A stretch of 63,394 nt of DNA, filler included, from Anaerolineae bacterium (GCA_029262755.1; 6 parts of 6 records of this genome joined end to end with filler, not necessarily neighbours in it); one strand, 5' to 3'. Numbered from the whole stretch's first letter, positions 8,440-18,815 are shown. Notes: generated by a model from the letters alone, not told the origin. Program-made: numbers and translations.

Positions 8440-10257
8440 ATGAAGGCACCTGGGGGACGTAGCTACCAATCAGCCCAAGCTCGCGCATCGGGCGACACCC
8501 GAACGCTGGGCGCGGAGTTCTTGCGGCGCGTAAAGCGGCATCCGCGTCGGATGGCCGTGAAAGACTTCGCGGGCGAGCTGAGCCGAATCAAGGTCGCGGG
8601 CGCGGCGCGCGCCGTGATTCCAGCCCTCGGGTTGGCCGCCGGCGAACGACGCGTCGGCGTCCTGCTGCCGCCCGGGCGAGGCGGCACCGTCATCAACGTC
8701 GCCCTCGCCCTCGCGGGGCGAACGTCGGTCAACCTCAACTACACGGCGGGCGACGCAGCGCTCGCGCGCATGTGTGAGCTCGCCGGACTGGATACGGTGG
8801 TATCGAGTTCCGTGTATCTAGAGCGCCTGCGCGAGAAGCTAGGTGGTCTGGAGCTACCGGATCGGGTGCGCGAGCTGCACGCGGAAGACCTCATCGGAAA
8901 TATCGACAAAAAGAAGGTGTTGCTCGAGATGGCGCGGGTCTTGGTGATGCCGGTCGCGCGTCTGGATGCTTCGCGTCCGGAACACGTGGCCACGATCATC
9001 TATTCCTCGGGCACGACAGGCGATCCAAAGGGTATTCAGCTCACGCACCAACAGATTTTCGCCAACAGCGACTCGATCGTCGAGCATATGCCCATACCCC
9101 GCGACGAGGGCACGCTCCTTACCCCGCTGCCGCTCTTCCACAGTTTTGGGCTGGTCCCCGGACTTTGGATGGCCTTGGTTCAAGGCGTGGCGGTCGCCGG
9201 CCAGGCCGATCCTTTCGACGGCGCGGCGCTCGGAAAGCTGGCAGCCGCGAGCAAGGCACGCTACCTCATCGCGACGCCCACGTTTGCGCGCGGCTATATG
9301 CGGCGTGTCCGGCCCGAGCAATTCGCAACCCTCGAGTTTGCCATCGTTGGGGCCGAGAAGTGCCCCTCCGATCTCCATGCCGCCTTCCATGATAAGTACG
9401 CCACGCCGCTGCTGGAAGGCTACGGATGCACGGAGCTGGCGCCCGCCGTAGCGATCAACTCTTTGGCACACAACAAAGAGGGCAGTATCGGCCAGCCGCT
9501 GCCGGGCATCGAGATCCTGTTGATGGACCCGGAGACCTACAGGCTCTTGCCCGACGAGCCGGGGACGGATGGCCTGATCATCGTACGCTCGGCTGCTCGC
9601 ATGCTCGGCTACCTCGGCCGACCCGACCTCACCGAGGCCGCCTTCGTGCACGGTGGCTACAACACGGGCGATATCGGCCACTACGATGCCGACGGCTATC
9701 TGCACATCACGGGCCGGCTCGCGCGCTTCGCGAAGATGGCGGGCGAGATGGTTCCGCTCGACACGATCGAGCGCGCCTTGCAGTCGTGGCTGGACGAGCG
9801 CGGTATCGACGCTCAGGTCGCCGTCGCCGCCGTCCCCGATCGGAAGCGCGGCGAACGCCTCATCGCGATGATCACCGGCGACGGGCCGGACGATCCGGAG
9901 GCTTGGATCGAATCGTCGATGCACGAACATCCGCCGCTGTGGCGGCCACGCGCCCAGGACCTGCACACGGTCGAATCGATCCCGATGCTTGGAACCGGCA
10001 AGCGTGATCTTGGGCGCATCCGTCTGCTCGCCGAGGAATTCGCGGGTACCGATACCAAGGGCCGCGGTCGGCGTGTGGCGGAATCGGCCAAGGAACAGGC
10101 CCGTGATGTGGCGGAGCAGGCGAAGCACGTCGCGGAGCAGGCCAAGGAAGGCGTCGAGCGCCTGGTTGATCGCGTGCGGCACCGGGATCAGGACGATGAC
10201 GCCGCAGCGGCCGGGGCCGGTGACGGGGAGGCCGACGCCACTGTCGAAGGTGCGTAA
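8440..10257 (+). CDS. AMP-binding enzyme, Aas-like acyl-ACP synthetase domain (no acyltransferase or MFS domain)
   Basis: GGGAGG RBS before ATG 8440; IIYSSGTTGDPKG, PLFHSFG, EGYGCTE, YNTGDIG, GRLARFAKMAGEMVPL, LGTGKRD motifs. Confidence 0.85.
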   Translation: MKAPGGRSYQSAQARASGDTRTLGAEFLRRVKRHPRRMAVKDFAGELSRIKVAGAARAVIPALGLAAGERRVGVLLPPGRGGTVINVALALAGRTSVNLNYTAGDAALARMCELAGLDTVVSSSVYLERLREKLGGLELPDRVRELHAEDLIGNIDKKKVLLEMARVLVMPVARLDASRPEHVATIIYSSGTTGDPKGIQLTHQQIFANSDSIVEHMPIPRDEGTLLTPLPLFHSFGLVPGLWMALVQGVAVAGQADPFDGAALGKLAAASKARYLIATPTFARGYMRRVRPEQFATLEFAIVGAEKCPSDLHAAFHDKYATPLLEGYGCTELAPAVAINSLAHNKEGSIGQPLPGIEILLMDPETYRLLPDEPGTDGLIIVRSAARMLGYLGRPDLTEAAFVHGGYNTGDIGHYDADGYLHITGRLARFAKMAGEMVPLDTIERALQSWLDERGIDAQVAVAAVPDRKRGERLIAMITGDGPDDPEAWIESSMHEHPPLWRPRAQDLHTVESIPMLGTGKRDLGRIRLLAEEFAGTDTKGRGRRVAESAKEQARDVAEQAKHVAEQAKEGVERLVDRVRHRDQDDDAAAAGAGDGEADATVEGA

Positions 10258-10294
10258 CGGTGCGTAGAGGAAGGGACCGCTACGACACCCGTTA

Positions 10295-10454
10295 GGGCGC
10301 GTCCAATAATAAGATGGCCGATCAAAGGGCGCCGAAGCGCCGCTCCAGGGGTCTGATGAGATGAGGGAAACGTGGAGCTATTGCTGAGGAACAGCAGGGC
10401 GCTGGTGCGGATGCAGCGGTACCCGACTTGGTCAGGTTATGGTTGGACGCGCCC
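10295..10454. mobile_element. 160-bp MITE, copy 1
   Basis: 18-bp imperfect TIRs GGGCGCGTCCAATAATAA / TTATGGTTGGACGCGCCC; TTA direct repeats at 10292-10294 and 10455-10457; near-identical copy at 43772. Confidence 0.85.
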
Positions 10455-10607
10455 TTAGCGGTTTTTTGACGGCGAAGTTCTGCCCGCGAGTCCGCAAGAA
10501 CCTTGCTGTCTGCGCGCGGCCTCGGAATGCGCCGGCGGCGTTGAGCGCACCCGCTCGTGCTCAATCCGGCGTTGGGTGGAAACCGCTTCCCACGGCGTGT
10601 GGGTTGG

Positions 10608-12881
10608 CTACGAGCACTGTCCTTCGTGATCTCCATAGCACGCGTGGTCGATCAACGCACCCGAGGCGTCGCGTAGCTCCGCCTTGTCGCCCGCATTGCG
10701 CCACACCGCCGAGCGCGTGTAGCCCCAACGGAAGGCGCAGGGCAGCTCGTCGTGATCCTCATCGGTGTAGACGCGGCATCGTTGCCCGGCCTCGATCCGC
10801 GCATCAGCGGGGAACGCATACTCCTGGTCGTTGCCCCGGACCGAGATGAGACGCCAGCCGGCAAGCGCGATGGTTTCGTCGGTCACGTTCTCAAACTCGA
10901 CGTACTCGTCCGACTCGACCATCGGCACGTCGCCGTCGTAGAAGAGCTCCGTGATCCGCAGCGGCGTGCGCGGTGCGCTGCCGCTCGACGATGGCGGCGT
11001 AGCCGTAGGCCGGCTGTCTTCGGTCGGCACCGCGCGATCCGGCGTCGCGGTTGCAACGCCCGGCAGCACGGTGTCGCCGCCCACGTCGTCGTCGTCGATC
11101 GCGAGCGGCAGCCAGATGCGGTGCATCGGCGCGCCCGGAAGCGGGATGCGCAGGATCAGCGGATCGTGGTCGCTAGCGCGTGGACTGGGGTGGTCCGCTT
11201 CGCCGGGCGGAGCCGCGCCGAAGTCCGTGTTTACATGGAGGGGCCCAAAATCGGTGGCGAGCGCGAAGAGTTCGGGCTCGACCAGGATGTAGTCCAGGAT
11301 CTGCGAAACACCGTTGAAGATGTAGCTGTACTGTCGGTCTTCGAGCCGGTCGTACATGCTGACGAGCCGGCCGTCAGCCACGAGCGTTTCGATGGGTTCG
11401 CGGTCGGGAAACTCGTTCAGGTCGCCGAGTACGAGCACGGGAACGTCGGGGCGCAGGGCCTTCTCCGCGGCGAGCAGGTCCAGGGTGTGGCGCGCCATCG
11501 CCGTGCGTTCCGGCGTGGTTTCCATCTCGCCGCCGCCCTTGGACTTGAAGTGATTGCAGATCATCGTCAGCTGCGCGTCGCGGCCAACCAGCTCGAAGCG
11601 CGCCACCAACGGAGGCCGGCTATAGAGCATCCAACCGCTTCCACCGTCCGGCATCGTGCATTCCTCATCGGGACCGCCCGACCAAGGCTTCTCCGCCTGA
11701 CACTTCTGACCGTCACGCGCCTCGACGAGGCGCAGTACGTCGCGTTTGAACAGGAAGCCGACGTCGATGCCGCGCACGTCGGGGCCCTCGATCAAGCGGC
11801 TGTCATAGCCCACATCGGCCAACAGCTCCTGCGCTGCGAGATCCGCGATCACGAGCTCGGACTCGACTTCCTGCAAGCACAGGACGTCCGGTGCGCCGAG
11901 GTAGTCTCGAATCGAGCCCGCCCGACGCGCCAGTTCAAGCGGATAGTCTTCTTCGGACGGCGTGTTGCCGCCGTCTTCCTTGCCCGGCGTGTTGACGGTG
12001 TCGAATAGGTTCTCCACGTTGTACGAGGCGATGGTCAGCTCGTCGGCGCCGGAGGGCTCCGCGTGGGGCGGCTGGAGGCCGGCTGCGCTGATCTGCACGT
12101 CCGCGCTGACGGAGAGCTTGTAGTTGCCGTAGGTGTAGTTCAGACCGCCGACAGCGCCCGTTACGATGTCGCCGTGGTCGAGCACCTGCCAGCCACGGGG
12201 GAAGAGGAGCCCAAGGCGTCGGCCGTCTTCTTCGCCCCGCCAAACGCGATCGGGACCGCCCTCTGCCGGCACAACGTAGGGCTCCCCGAAGTGGTTCGTT
12301 GCGCCCACGACCCGCGCCGGCGGCAACTCCACAACCATGCCTTCATGGGCTTCCAAGTAGACGAGCGCGTCCGCAACGGCTGCCGGCGGATCGAGTAGGG
12401 TCGGGCTGGGCGCGGCGCCCTCGGACAACAGCTCCACGCCGAGGCCCGCGGTGCGATCCACCCGTAGCTGCGTCATACCGAAGTATTCCTCGACCGTGCC
12501 CGTTACGACCACGGTTTGACCGACCGCTACCTCGACATCGGTCTCGCTGAACGTGAAGACCAGGATTCCGTTGCTCGTCTGCGCATCCTCGTCGCAGCCC
12601 GGATGCTCAAGGAAGAAGCCGCCGGTCGAGGTCTCGATCAGGTCCGCGGAGACGATACCCGTGACGACCGCGACCGTATCGAGCAATGGCGAAGGGCCGC
12701 CTGTGCCTTGGACCTGACAAACGGTGGTGCGCAGGGTCGTCTGTGCAGCAACCGGCTCTCGGGCGTTCAGCAGCAACGCAAAGAGAAGGGCCGGTGCGGT
12801 GATGATGGCCATTGCGATGAGCACGCGGCGCCGAGCGGCATCGCCGCGTGTTGCCGTGGGCGGCTGCGGGGAACGGACCAT
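10608..12881 (-). CDS. ExeM/NucH-like extracellular nuclease (OB fold + EEP domain) with C-terminal lamin-tail domain
   Basis: QVQG..SPL...VTGIV OB fold; IASYNVENLFD, LQEVE, NHFKSK, VLGDLN, LDYILV, SDHDP EEP motifs; ITELFYDG..DEYVEFEN..WRNAGD LTD; start uncertain. Confidence 0.88.
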   Translation of the reverse strand: MVRSPQPPTATRGDAARRRVLIAMAIITAPALLFALLLNAREPVAAQTTLRTTVCQVQGTGGPSPLLDTVAVVTGIVSADLIETSTGGFFLEHPGCDEDAQTSNGILVFTFSETDVEVAVGQTVVVTGTVEEYFGMTQLRVDRTAGLGVELLSEGAAPSPTLLDPPAAVADALVYLEAHEGMVVELPPARVVGATNHFGEPYVVPAEGGPDRVWRGEEDGRRLGLLFPRGWQVLDHGDIVTGAVGGLNYTYGNYKLSVSADVQISAAGLQPPHAEPSGADELTIASYNVENLFDTVNTPGKEDGGNTPSEEDYPLELARRAGSIRDYLGAPDVLCLQEVESELVIADLAAQELLADVGYDSRLIEGPDVRGIDVGFLFKRDVLRLVEARDGQKCQAEKPWSGGPDEECTMPDGGSGWMLYSRPPLVARFELVGRDAQLTMICNHFKSKGGGEMETTPERTAMARHTLDLLAAEKALRPDVPVLVLGDLNEFPDREPIETLVADGRLVSMYDRLEDRQYSYIFNGVSQILDYILVEPELFALATDFGPLHVNTDFGAAPPGEADHPSPRASDHDPLILRIPLPGAPMHRIWLPLAIDDDDVGGDTVLPGVATATPDRAVPTEDSRPTATPPSSSGSAPRTPLRITELFYDGDVPMVESDEYVEFENVTDETIALAGWRLISVRGNDQEYAFPADARIEAGQRCRVYTDEDHDELPCAFRWGYTRSAVWRNAGDKAELRDASGALIDHACYGDHEGQCS

Positions 12882-13123
12882 GGAGCGACTCCTTCGCGGC
12901 ATCGACGACCGCGCCGGCCGCGGTCGCACTGCGCGGCGAGTATATCACCGCCGACGAGCAGACCACGGGCGTCGCGAACGAAGCGCGCGGACGCTGCGAG
13001 CCGGCACCTTGACTCTACGCTCGACAAAGCCGCGGGCCCGTCCACCAGGGGGAGGAAGACGGGCCCGCGTACCGGCGCTCCACGTGAGCGCGGAAGCTGT
13101 TGTGGTTTGCTAGATGATCGCCA

Positions 13124-15598
13124 TTAGCGGCGGCCGGGCTTGTCGACGCGCGGCAGCCACATCTCGATCTTGCGCCAGCAGGTCGTCAGCTCGTGGCTGT
13201 CCTCGTTGCCGTGCGGGTCACGCACCACGAACTCGGCGCGCTCACAGCCTTCAAAACCGGGCCGCGGGCGCAGGCACAGCTGCTTACTGCCCTGACCGCT
13301 AACCTGGATGTTGGCCGCGTTGTAGTCGGACAGCCACCACGTTAGGCTGGCGATGGGATCGTCCGTGTCCGTGGCCTTGTCACGTAGCTCGTAGCATGCT
13401 TCCGGGCTCGGGCTTCCCGAGCCGACCGTCTTGCCGAAGAGCTTGTTACGCAGGATGATCGGCGCGGCGTTGGTGATCACCCACGTGACGGTGATGTCCG
13501 CCGTGGCACGCAAGCCGTCCGTGTCGGCAACCTCGAGCTGCACCGGATAGCTGCCGAGCGTGGTTGAGAAGGGCACGAAATCGAAGGTTTGGGGAGTGAC
13601 CTTCAAGGTGGAGAAGGGATTGCTGCCCGGCTGGAGCACGAACCACTCGAGCGGGTCCGGTCCGTCCTCGTCGTCGTTGGCTACGTTGGTCAGATCGACG
13701 CGGATCGTAACGCCCTTGGGCGCTGTGTATTCGCGGATCAGACGTTCCGCGATGATGAACGGCGGGAAGTTCGGACGTCGGCGCCAGTTGAGCATGACCG
13801 ATTGCTTGGTCTCGCAACCGTCCAGATCGCGCAGGACGACCAGCGCTCGTGCGTTGTAGTCGCTAATGATGGTCTGGGCGGGCGTGAACGTGATGACATC
13901 CGTTCCGAGACCGCTTACCGTGATGTCATTCCGCTGCTGCGGGTCCAGCTCGACATCCCACGTCAGCGCACCGATGGGGTCCTCCACGTCGGCTGCAAGG
14001 CCCTTGACCGAGATCGTGATCGGATCGCCGTAGCGCACGGCGCCGGGATCGGCGATGCGTGGACGGATCGTCGGGCAGTCGTTGACGGAGCGAACCAGCA
14101 CGAGCACGTTCTCGATCACGACAATGGCGCCGTCAGAGATATGTAACCGGATCGTCGTTTGGCCGAACCAGTTCGCCTGCGGCTCCACGATCAACATGGA
14201 GCCTTCCAGCCGCACGCCCGCTTCGGGAGCACCGGCGTCGTCGAGCAACACGATCAGCTTGTCGCGCCCGCATTCCGCGTCGGTGACGTGATCGAGCACG
14301 TCCATGGTGAAAACCTCGTCCTCGTCCATCGCGATGTCGGGGATGGGCGTTACAACGGGGCCGCTGTTGTAGTCAATCGAATTCTGGTAAAGGCTGCCCG
14401 ATGCGCCGCAGGTCTCCTTGCCGAGCTTCTTCCAGCCTGCCCACCACTCTTCCATCGTCGTGGGATTCTCCCGGTCGAAGACCTCCCAGATGTCGGCGAA
14501 CGTAGCGTTGAAGGAGTCTGCCTCTTCCACGGTCTGGTCGTGCTCGTAGAGGTCCCAAAACGCGCCGGCGATACGACCCGGCACGCGGTCTCCGTTTGCC
14601 CAGCCCGGCGAAACAGGCTTCGGTGCGTCCATGTCCAGGGCGCGAACGGTCTGGCTTTCGAATACGGGATCCTGGTACACCGCGAGCGGCAGGAAGGTCG
14701 CGAAACCTTGAATGAGCGCGCACGCTTCGTCGATGCGCGAGCGAACCTCGGCGCCGGGGCCTTCCGTGCATCCGGCCCAGGCCTCCGGCAGATCGCCGTA
14801 GATATTGTGGAGCAACGCGTAGGCCGTGTGTTGACCGATAACGTCGCTATAGCCGGCATTATCGTCCCGGAAGTGCAGGGTGCGATCGGCCGTGTCGTAG
14901 CGTGGCCCGTCGCGGCTGTCGATGGACCAGAAGCCGGTTACGGAGCCCGGCTCTTTGCCGGTCTCTTGGCGCATGTACAACCACGCCTCGGCCATGCCCA
15001 CAAACGTCCAGAGCGCCTCGATGTTGGGGGTGTTCTCCATGATTACGAGACGGGGTAGCGATACCGCGCCGTCAGGAACGTTGTTCTTAATCCCGTTGCG
15101 CTCGTCGATCTCGTAGCTCTGCCAGACGAACTCATTGGGTGTTCCGGTCTTGAGCAGCTTTACGTCGCCGTTGTTGGTGAAGATCTTGAGGAAGATGTCC
15201 TGACCCGTCACTCCAGGCTCACCGCCGGGGCCATCGCGGTCTTCGTTCAAGATGACCGGACTCTCAAAGAAGCCGGCCAAGTCCGTGCGCGACTCGCCGA
15301 GTTTTTGGCTGGTGCCGGGGAATCCCCGATCCAGATCCCAGATCTCGACGCGTACGCCCGCGGCGGGATGATTGCGATCGCTGTTGGAATCGACGTACAC
15401 AATCTGTCCCCGGACCTTGATATGGCCCGCGGGAATATCTTCTTGGAGTGCTTCGTGCGCCTCGACCGGCGCGGGTCCGCGTTGCGGAAGTGCGGTCCAT
15501 TGGGGCGATATCTGCCACGCCAACGGGCCGGCGAGTACCAACGCCAATGAGGTCGCGGCCATTGCGGCCGCGATTAAACGCCGCTGCGTACGATTCAT
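13124..15598 (-). CDS. Large secreted protein: degenerate metalloprotease-like domain plus tandem cadherin/Ig-like repeats
   Basis: GGAGG RBS; signal peptide; repeats of N.PP.I....D.D/E...L.W and P.ANWFG.T; ends KIEMWLPRVDKPGRR. Confidence 0.75.
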   Translation of the reverse strand: MNRTQRRLIAAAMAATSLALVLAGPLAWQISPQWTALPQRGPAPVEAHEALQEDIPAGHIKVRGQIVYVDSNSDRNHPAAGVRVEIWDLDRGFPGTSQKLGESRTDLAGFFESPVILNEDRDGPGGEPGVTGQDIFLKIFTNNGDVKLLKTGTPNEFVWQSYEIDERNGIKNNVPDGAVSLPRLVIMENTPNIEALWTFVGMAEAWLYMRQETGKEPGSVTGFWSIDSRDGPRYDTADRTLHFRDDNAGYSDVIGQHTAYALLHNIYGDLPEAWAGCTEGPGAEVRSRIDEACALIQGFATFLPLAVYQDPVFESQTVRALDMDAPKPVSPGWANGDRVPGRIAGAFWDLYEHDQTVEEADSFNATFADIWEVFDRENPTTMEEWWAGWKKLGKETCGASGSLYQNSIDYNSGPVVTPIPDIAMDEDEVFTMDVLDHVTDAECGRDKLIVLLDDAGAPEAGVRLEGSMLIVEPQANWFGQTTIRLHISDGAIVVIENVLVLVRSVNDCPTIRPRIADPGAVRYGDPITISVKGLAADVEDPIGALTWDVELDPQQRNDITVSGLGTDVITFTPAQTIISDYNARALVVLRDLDGCETKQSVMLNWRRRPNFPPFIIAERLIREYTAPKGVTIRVDLTNVANDDEDGPDPLEWFVLQPGSNPFSTLKVTPQTFDFVPFSTTLGSYPVQLEVADTDGLRATADITVTWVITNAAPIILRNKLFGKTVGSGSPSPEACYELRDKATDTDDPIASLTWWLSDYNAANIQVSGQGSKQLCLRPRPGFEGCERAEFVVRDPHGNEDSHELTTCWRKIEMWLPRVDKPGRR

Positions 15599-15848
15599 GT
15601 ATGGGCCTCCTAATACTCAGGCTGGGGGACGTCCGTATCGGTCTGATTCGTCGGGCGTCCGGGCAGGGGGGGTAGCCAGGTTGTAAGACGTTGCGGGGCT
15701 AGCGGCGTTACGCCCGGAATGCAGCACACGAAACGATTCGCTCCTGTCCCAGGCGTGGCGGGGAACGGGCCACCATCCAGCTTGACCACGCCGATGCGAG
15801 CGGCGATGATAGCCGAGCAATTCGAAGACACGAGGATGACGGCCAGGC

Positions 15849-16730
15849 ATGCGGATCCTCATCACAGGCGCCGACGGCCAACTCGGCCGCGCGATCGCGC
15901 GACGTGCCGAAGACCATACGATCATCGGCCTCGGTCGACGCGAGCTCGACATCTCCGACCCCGCCTGCTGCGACGCGATCGCCGCGGCGCGGCCGGACGT
16001 GGTCGTGAACGCCGCGGCCAAGACCAACGTCGACGGCTGCGAACACGATCGCGACGACGCCTTCCGCATCAACGCGCTCGGCGCGCGCAACGTGGCCCTC
16101 GGTGCGGAGCGCGTGGGTGCTGCATTGGTCCAGATCTCCACAGACTACGTCTTCGGGGGCGAGCCCGAGCGCAAGGTGCCGCACTGGGAATTCGATTCAC
16201 CGTCGCCGCTGAGCGTCTACGGGGCATCGAAGTTGGCCGGGGAAGAAATGGCGCGTCATGCCTGCCGTCGGACCTTCGTCGTGCGCACCGCTTGGCTCTA
16301 CGGGCTGGGAGGACGTGGCTTCGTGCCCCGCATGCTGGACTTTGCCGACCGTGGCGAGCCGCTCTCCGTGGTGGACAACGAATACGGCAACCCGACGTTT
16401 TGCGATGATCTGGCCGACGGCGTGCTCGCGTTGGTGCAACACGATGCATGGGGAACGTACCACTTGGTCAACGAAGGTTGGTGCTCTCGCTACGACTTCG
16501 CACGGGCCATCCTTGACCTCGGCGGATTTCCCGAACACCCGATCGTGGCTGTCGACCATTTTCCGCGCGCCGCGCAACCACCGAGCTTCGGTGCGCTGCG
16601 CAACTTCGCCGCCGCGGAGCTTGGCGTGACGCTACCGCCTTGGCGCGACGGCCTCGCTGCGTACTTCGCGCGGTGCGCCGTGCACGCTGATGCCGCGGCG
16701 CCCGCTTCGGCTAAGCCGAGCACCCGGTGA
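15849..16730 (+). CDS. rfbD: dTDP-4-dehydrorhamnose reductase
   Basis: MRILITGADGQLG, VVVNAAA.TNVDGCE, ISTDYVF, YGASKLAGE, RTAWLYG. Confidence 0.93.
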   Translation: MRILITGADGQLGRAIARRAEDHTIIGLGRRELDISDPACCDAIAAARPDVVVNAAAKTNVDGCEHDRDDAFRINALGARNVALGAERVGAALVQISTDYVFGGEPERKVPHWEFDSPSPLSVYGASKLAGEEMARHACRRTFVVRTAWLYGLGGRGFVPRMLDFADRGEPLSVVDNEYGNPTFCDDLADGVLALVQHDAWGTYHLVNEGWCSRYDFARAILDLGGFPEHPIVAVDHFPRAAQPPSFGALRNFAAAELGVTLPPWRDGLAAYFARCAVHADAAAPASAKPSTR

Positions 16731-16743
16731 GCGACGCACGACT

Positions 16744-17643
16744 GTGAGCGACGAACGACGTCCGGCGATGGGCGATGAACGCGACGAGGGGCTCGGCGGC
16801 GCGAGGAACGCATCGTCCGAAGCCGTGTCCGATCCTGAATCTGCGACTCGACGTCGCATGGGAACTTCAAACGAAGACCCAGACGCGCCGGAGGGGCGAC
16901 CGAAGCGCGGTGCTCCCCAGCCCGACGACCAAGGCGGGCGGCGAACCGCCATGCCGGCCGGTCCTCCGGCCGGCCGCGAGCTCATCGACATGGCGTTGTT
17001 CGGCGTCGCGCCGGAGTTCGTGCGCGCGAGCCTGCGCCTTACCGGCGTGGACGGCGGGCGCTCGGCCGCGACCGCAGCGCGCCTGTTGGCTAAGGCTTCG
17101 CGGGATGTAGCCGACGTCGGGGCGGACGCATGGCGCAGAGCCTACGATGATCTCGGCATTGCATCGGAGGCCGTTGCGCCCGCCACCGCGCTCGCCGCGT
17201 GGGCGGCTGTGCCCGGCGGCGTCCCGTCGCAAGGCCCCATCACCGACATTGTTCATGCAACGGCGCTACGGGTCGGCTGCCCAGCTGCCGCCTACGATCT
17301 GGCCGCGATCCATGGCGATCTTTGGCTTCGGCCCGCGCGGGGGGTCGAGGTCTTCGAGGGGCTGACCGGGCGGCCGGATACGGTGCCCATCAACGAGCCC
17401 GTCTTGGTCGACAGCGCGGATCACTGCCTCGCCCGTGCCTGGCACGGCGCCCAGTCGGCGGTGAGCCGCTGTACGACGGCCACGACGGATGCCATCGTGC
17501 ATCTGGATTGGCTCGCGCTGGATCCCGCCGACGCGCACGAGCAGGGTCGCGCGCTCGCACGGCTCCTGACCGGCTTCCTCGGCGGCTCGGTGTCGATGCG
17601 GCTGCTACACCGCGACGCGGCCGTCGCGGACTGGCGGTCGTGA
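16744..17643 (+). CDS. B3/B4 (PheRS editing-like) domain protein, divergent
   Basis: AWRRAYDDLG...PITDIVH....AAYDLAAIHGDLWLRPARGVEVF...CLARAWHGAQS resembles B3/4 family; GTG start uncertain; stop overlaps next GTG. Confidence 0.65.
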   Translation: MSDERRPAMGDERDEGLGGARNASSEAVSDPESATRRRMGTSNEDPDAPEGRPKRGAPQPDDQGGRRTAMPAGPPAGRELIDMALFGVAPEFVRASLRLTGVDGGRSAATAARLLAKASRDVADVGADAWRRAYDDLGIASEAVAPATALAAWAAVPGGVPSQGPITDIVHATALRVGCPAAAYDLAAIHGDLWLRPARGVEVFEGLTGRPDTVPINEPVLVDSADHCLARAWHGAQSAVSRCTTATTDAIVHLDWLALDPADAHEQGRALARLLTGFLGGSVSMRLLHRDAAVADWRS

Positions 17644-18695
17644 ACGCGGAGCATCCAGGGGGCTCGTCTCGCAGCGTCGCGGAACGCGCCGTCGTATCCG
17701 CCGCGCGAGCGCCCCTGCGCGCCAGCATCGTGATCCCAACGTGGAACGGCGCACATCATCTTCCGACCTGCCTGGAAGCGCTCGTCAAGCAAGACCTGCG
17801 AGATGTCGAAATCATCGTCGTGGACAACGGCTCTTCCGATGACACGGCCGATGTGCTGGCCGCGTTCGACGGCGTGACGTGCCTTGTTCTGCCGCGCAAC
17901 GTCGGCTTCGCGCGGGCGGTGAATGCGGGGATTCGCGCGTCGACGGGGCGCGTGGTCGTCCTGCTCAACAATGACACGGAGGTGGCGCAAGGGTGGCTGA
18001 GCGCGTTGCTTGCGCCGCTCGAGGCCGATGCGAGCCTCGGCATGTGCACGTCCAAGCTCCGTCTGTTCGACCGGCGCGAACACCTGCACACGACAGGCGA
18101 CCTCGTCACGCTCGACGGCTTGGCGGCCAATCGGGGCTTCGGCGAGCGCGACGTCGGCCAATACGACGATCGGCTGGACGTGTTCGGCGCGAATGCGGCC
18201 GCCGGCGCGTATCGCCGATCCATGCTGGACGCCATCGGGCTCTTCGAGCCGGCCTTCGAGAGCTACTTTGAGGATGTCGACCTGGCTTGGCGCGCGCGCC
18301 TCGCGGGCTGGGGGTGTCGCTTCGTGCCGGAGGCCGTCGTGTTCCATCACGTCAGCGCGACGGGCGGCGGTTCCTACGCCAGCTACCGGGTCGCGCGCAA
18401 CCGGCTTTGGACGCTCGCGCGCAATTACCCGACAGCCCTCGCGCGCCGGCACGGCGCGTCGATCCTGCGGACGCAGTTTCGTATCGCGATCGATGCGCTC
18501 CGGCATGTCCGTGGTGCCGCGGCCCGCGCGACGCTCCGCGGGCAGTTGGTGGGTGCGCTGACGGCAGGCCGATGGTGGACGGCGCGCAAGCGAATCGCCG
18601 CGACGCGTGTGCTCGACGAAGCGGCGCTCGTGTCGTTGATGCGCGAAGCCGAAGGTCGGGACCCCGTCGTCACGCAATCCGCCGAAGCCAGCTAA
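17640..18695 (+). CDS. Glycosyltransferase family 2 (WbbL-like rhamnosyltransferase)
   Basis: SIVIPTWNG, IIVVDNGSSD, NVGFARAVNAG, LLNNDT, YFEDVDLAWR; GTGA overlap with upstream gene. Confidence 0.9.
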   Translation: MNAEHPGGSSRSVAERAVVSAARAPLRASIVIPTWNGAHHLPTCLEALVKQDLRDVEIIVVDNGSSDDTADVLAAFDGVTCLVLPRNVGFARAVNAGIRASTGRVVVLLNNDTEVAQGWLSALLAPLEADASLGMCTSKLRLFDRREHLHTTGDLVTLDGLAANRGFGERDVGQYDDRLDVFGANAAAGAYRRSMLDAIGLFEPAFESYFEDVDLAWRARLAGWGCRFVPEAVVFHHVSATGGGSYASYRVARNRLWTLARNYPTALARRHGASILRTQFRIAIDALRHVRGAAARATLRGQLVGALTAGRWWTARKRIAATRVLDEAALVSLMREAEGRDPVVTQSAEAS

Positions 18696-18815
18696 CGACC
18701 GATGGCGCAGGGATGACGGTGGCGCAAGGACGACGGTAGCGCGCGCCGTGGTGTCCGGCCGCCATGGGCTCGTTCGCGCATCCAACGTGGCGCTACGTCA
18801 TTCCGTCCCAAGACG

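Noticed and set aside
10343..10378. Hammerhead ribozyme core (CTGATGAG...GAAAC) inside MITE copy 1
   Set aside because: No stem II can form between CUGAUGA and GAAA, and copy 2 has GTAATAG in place of GAAAC.
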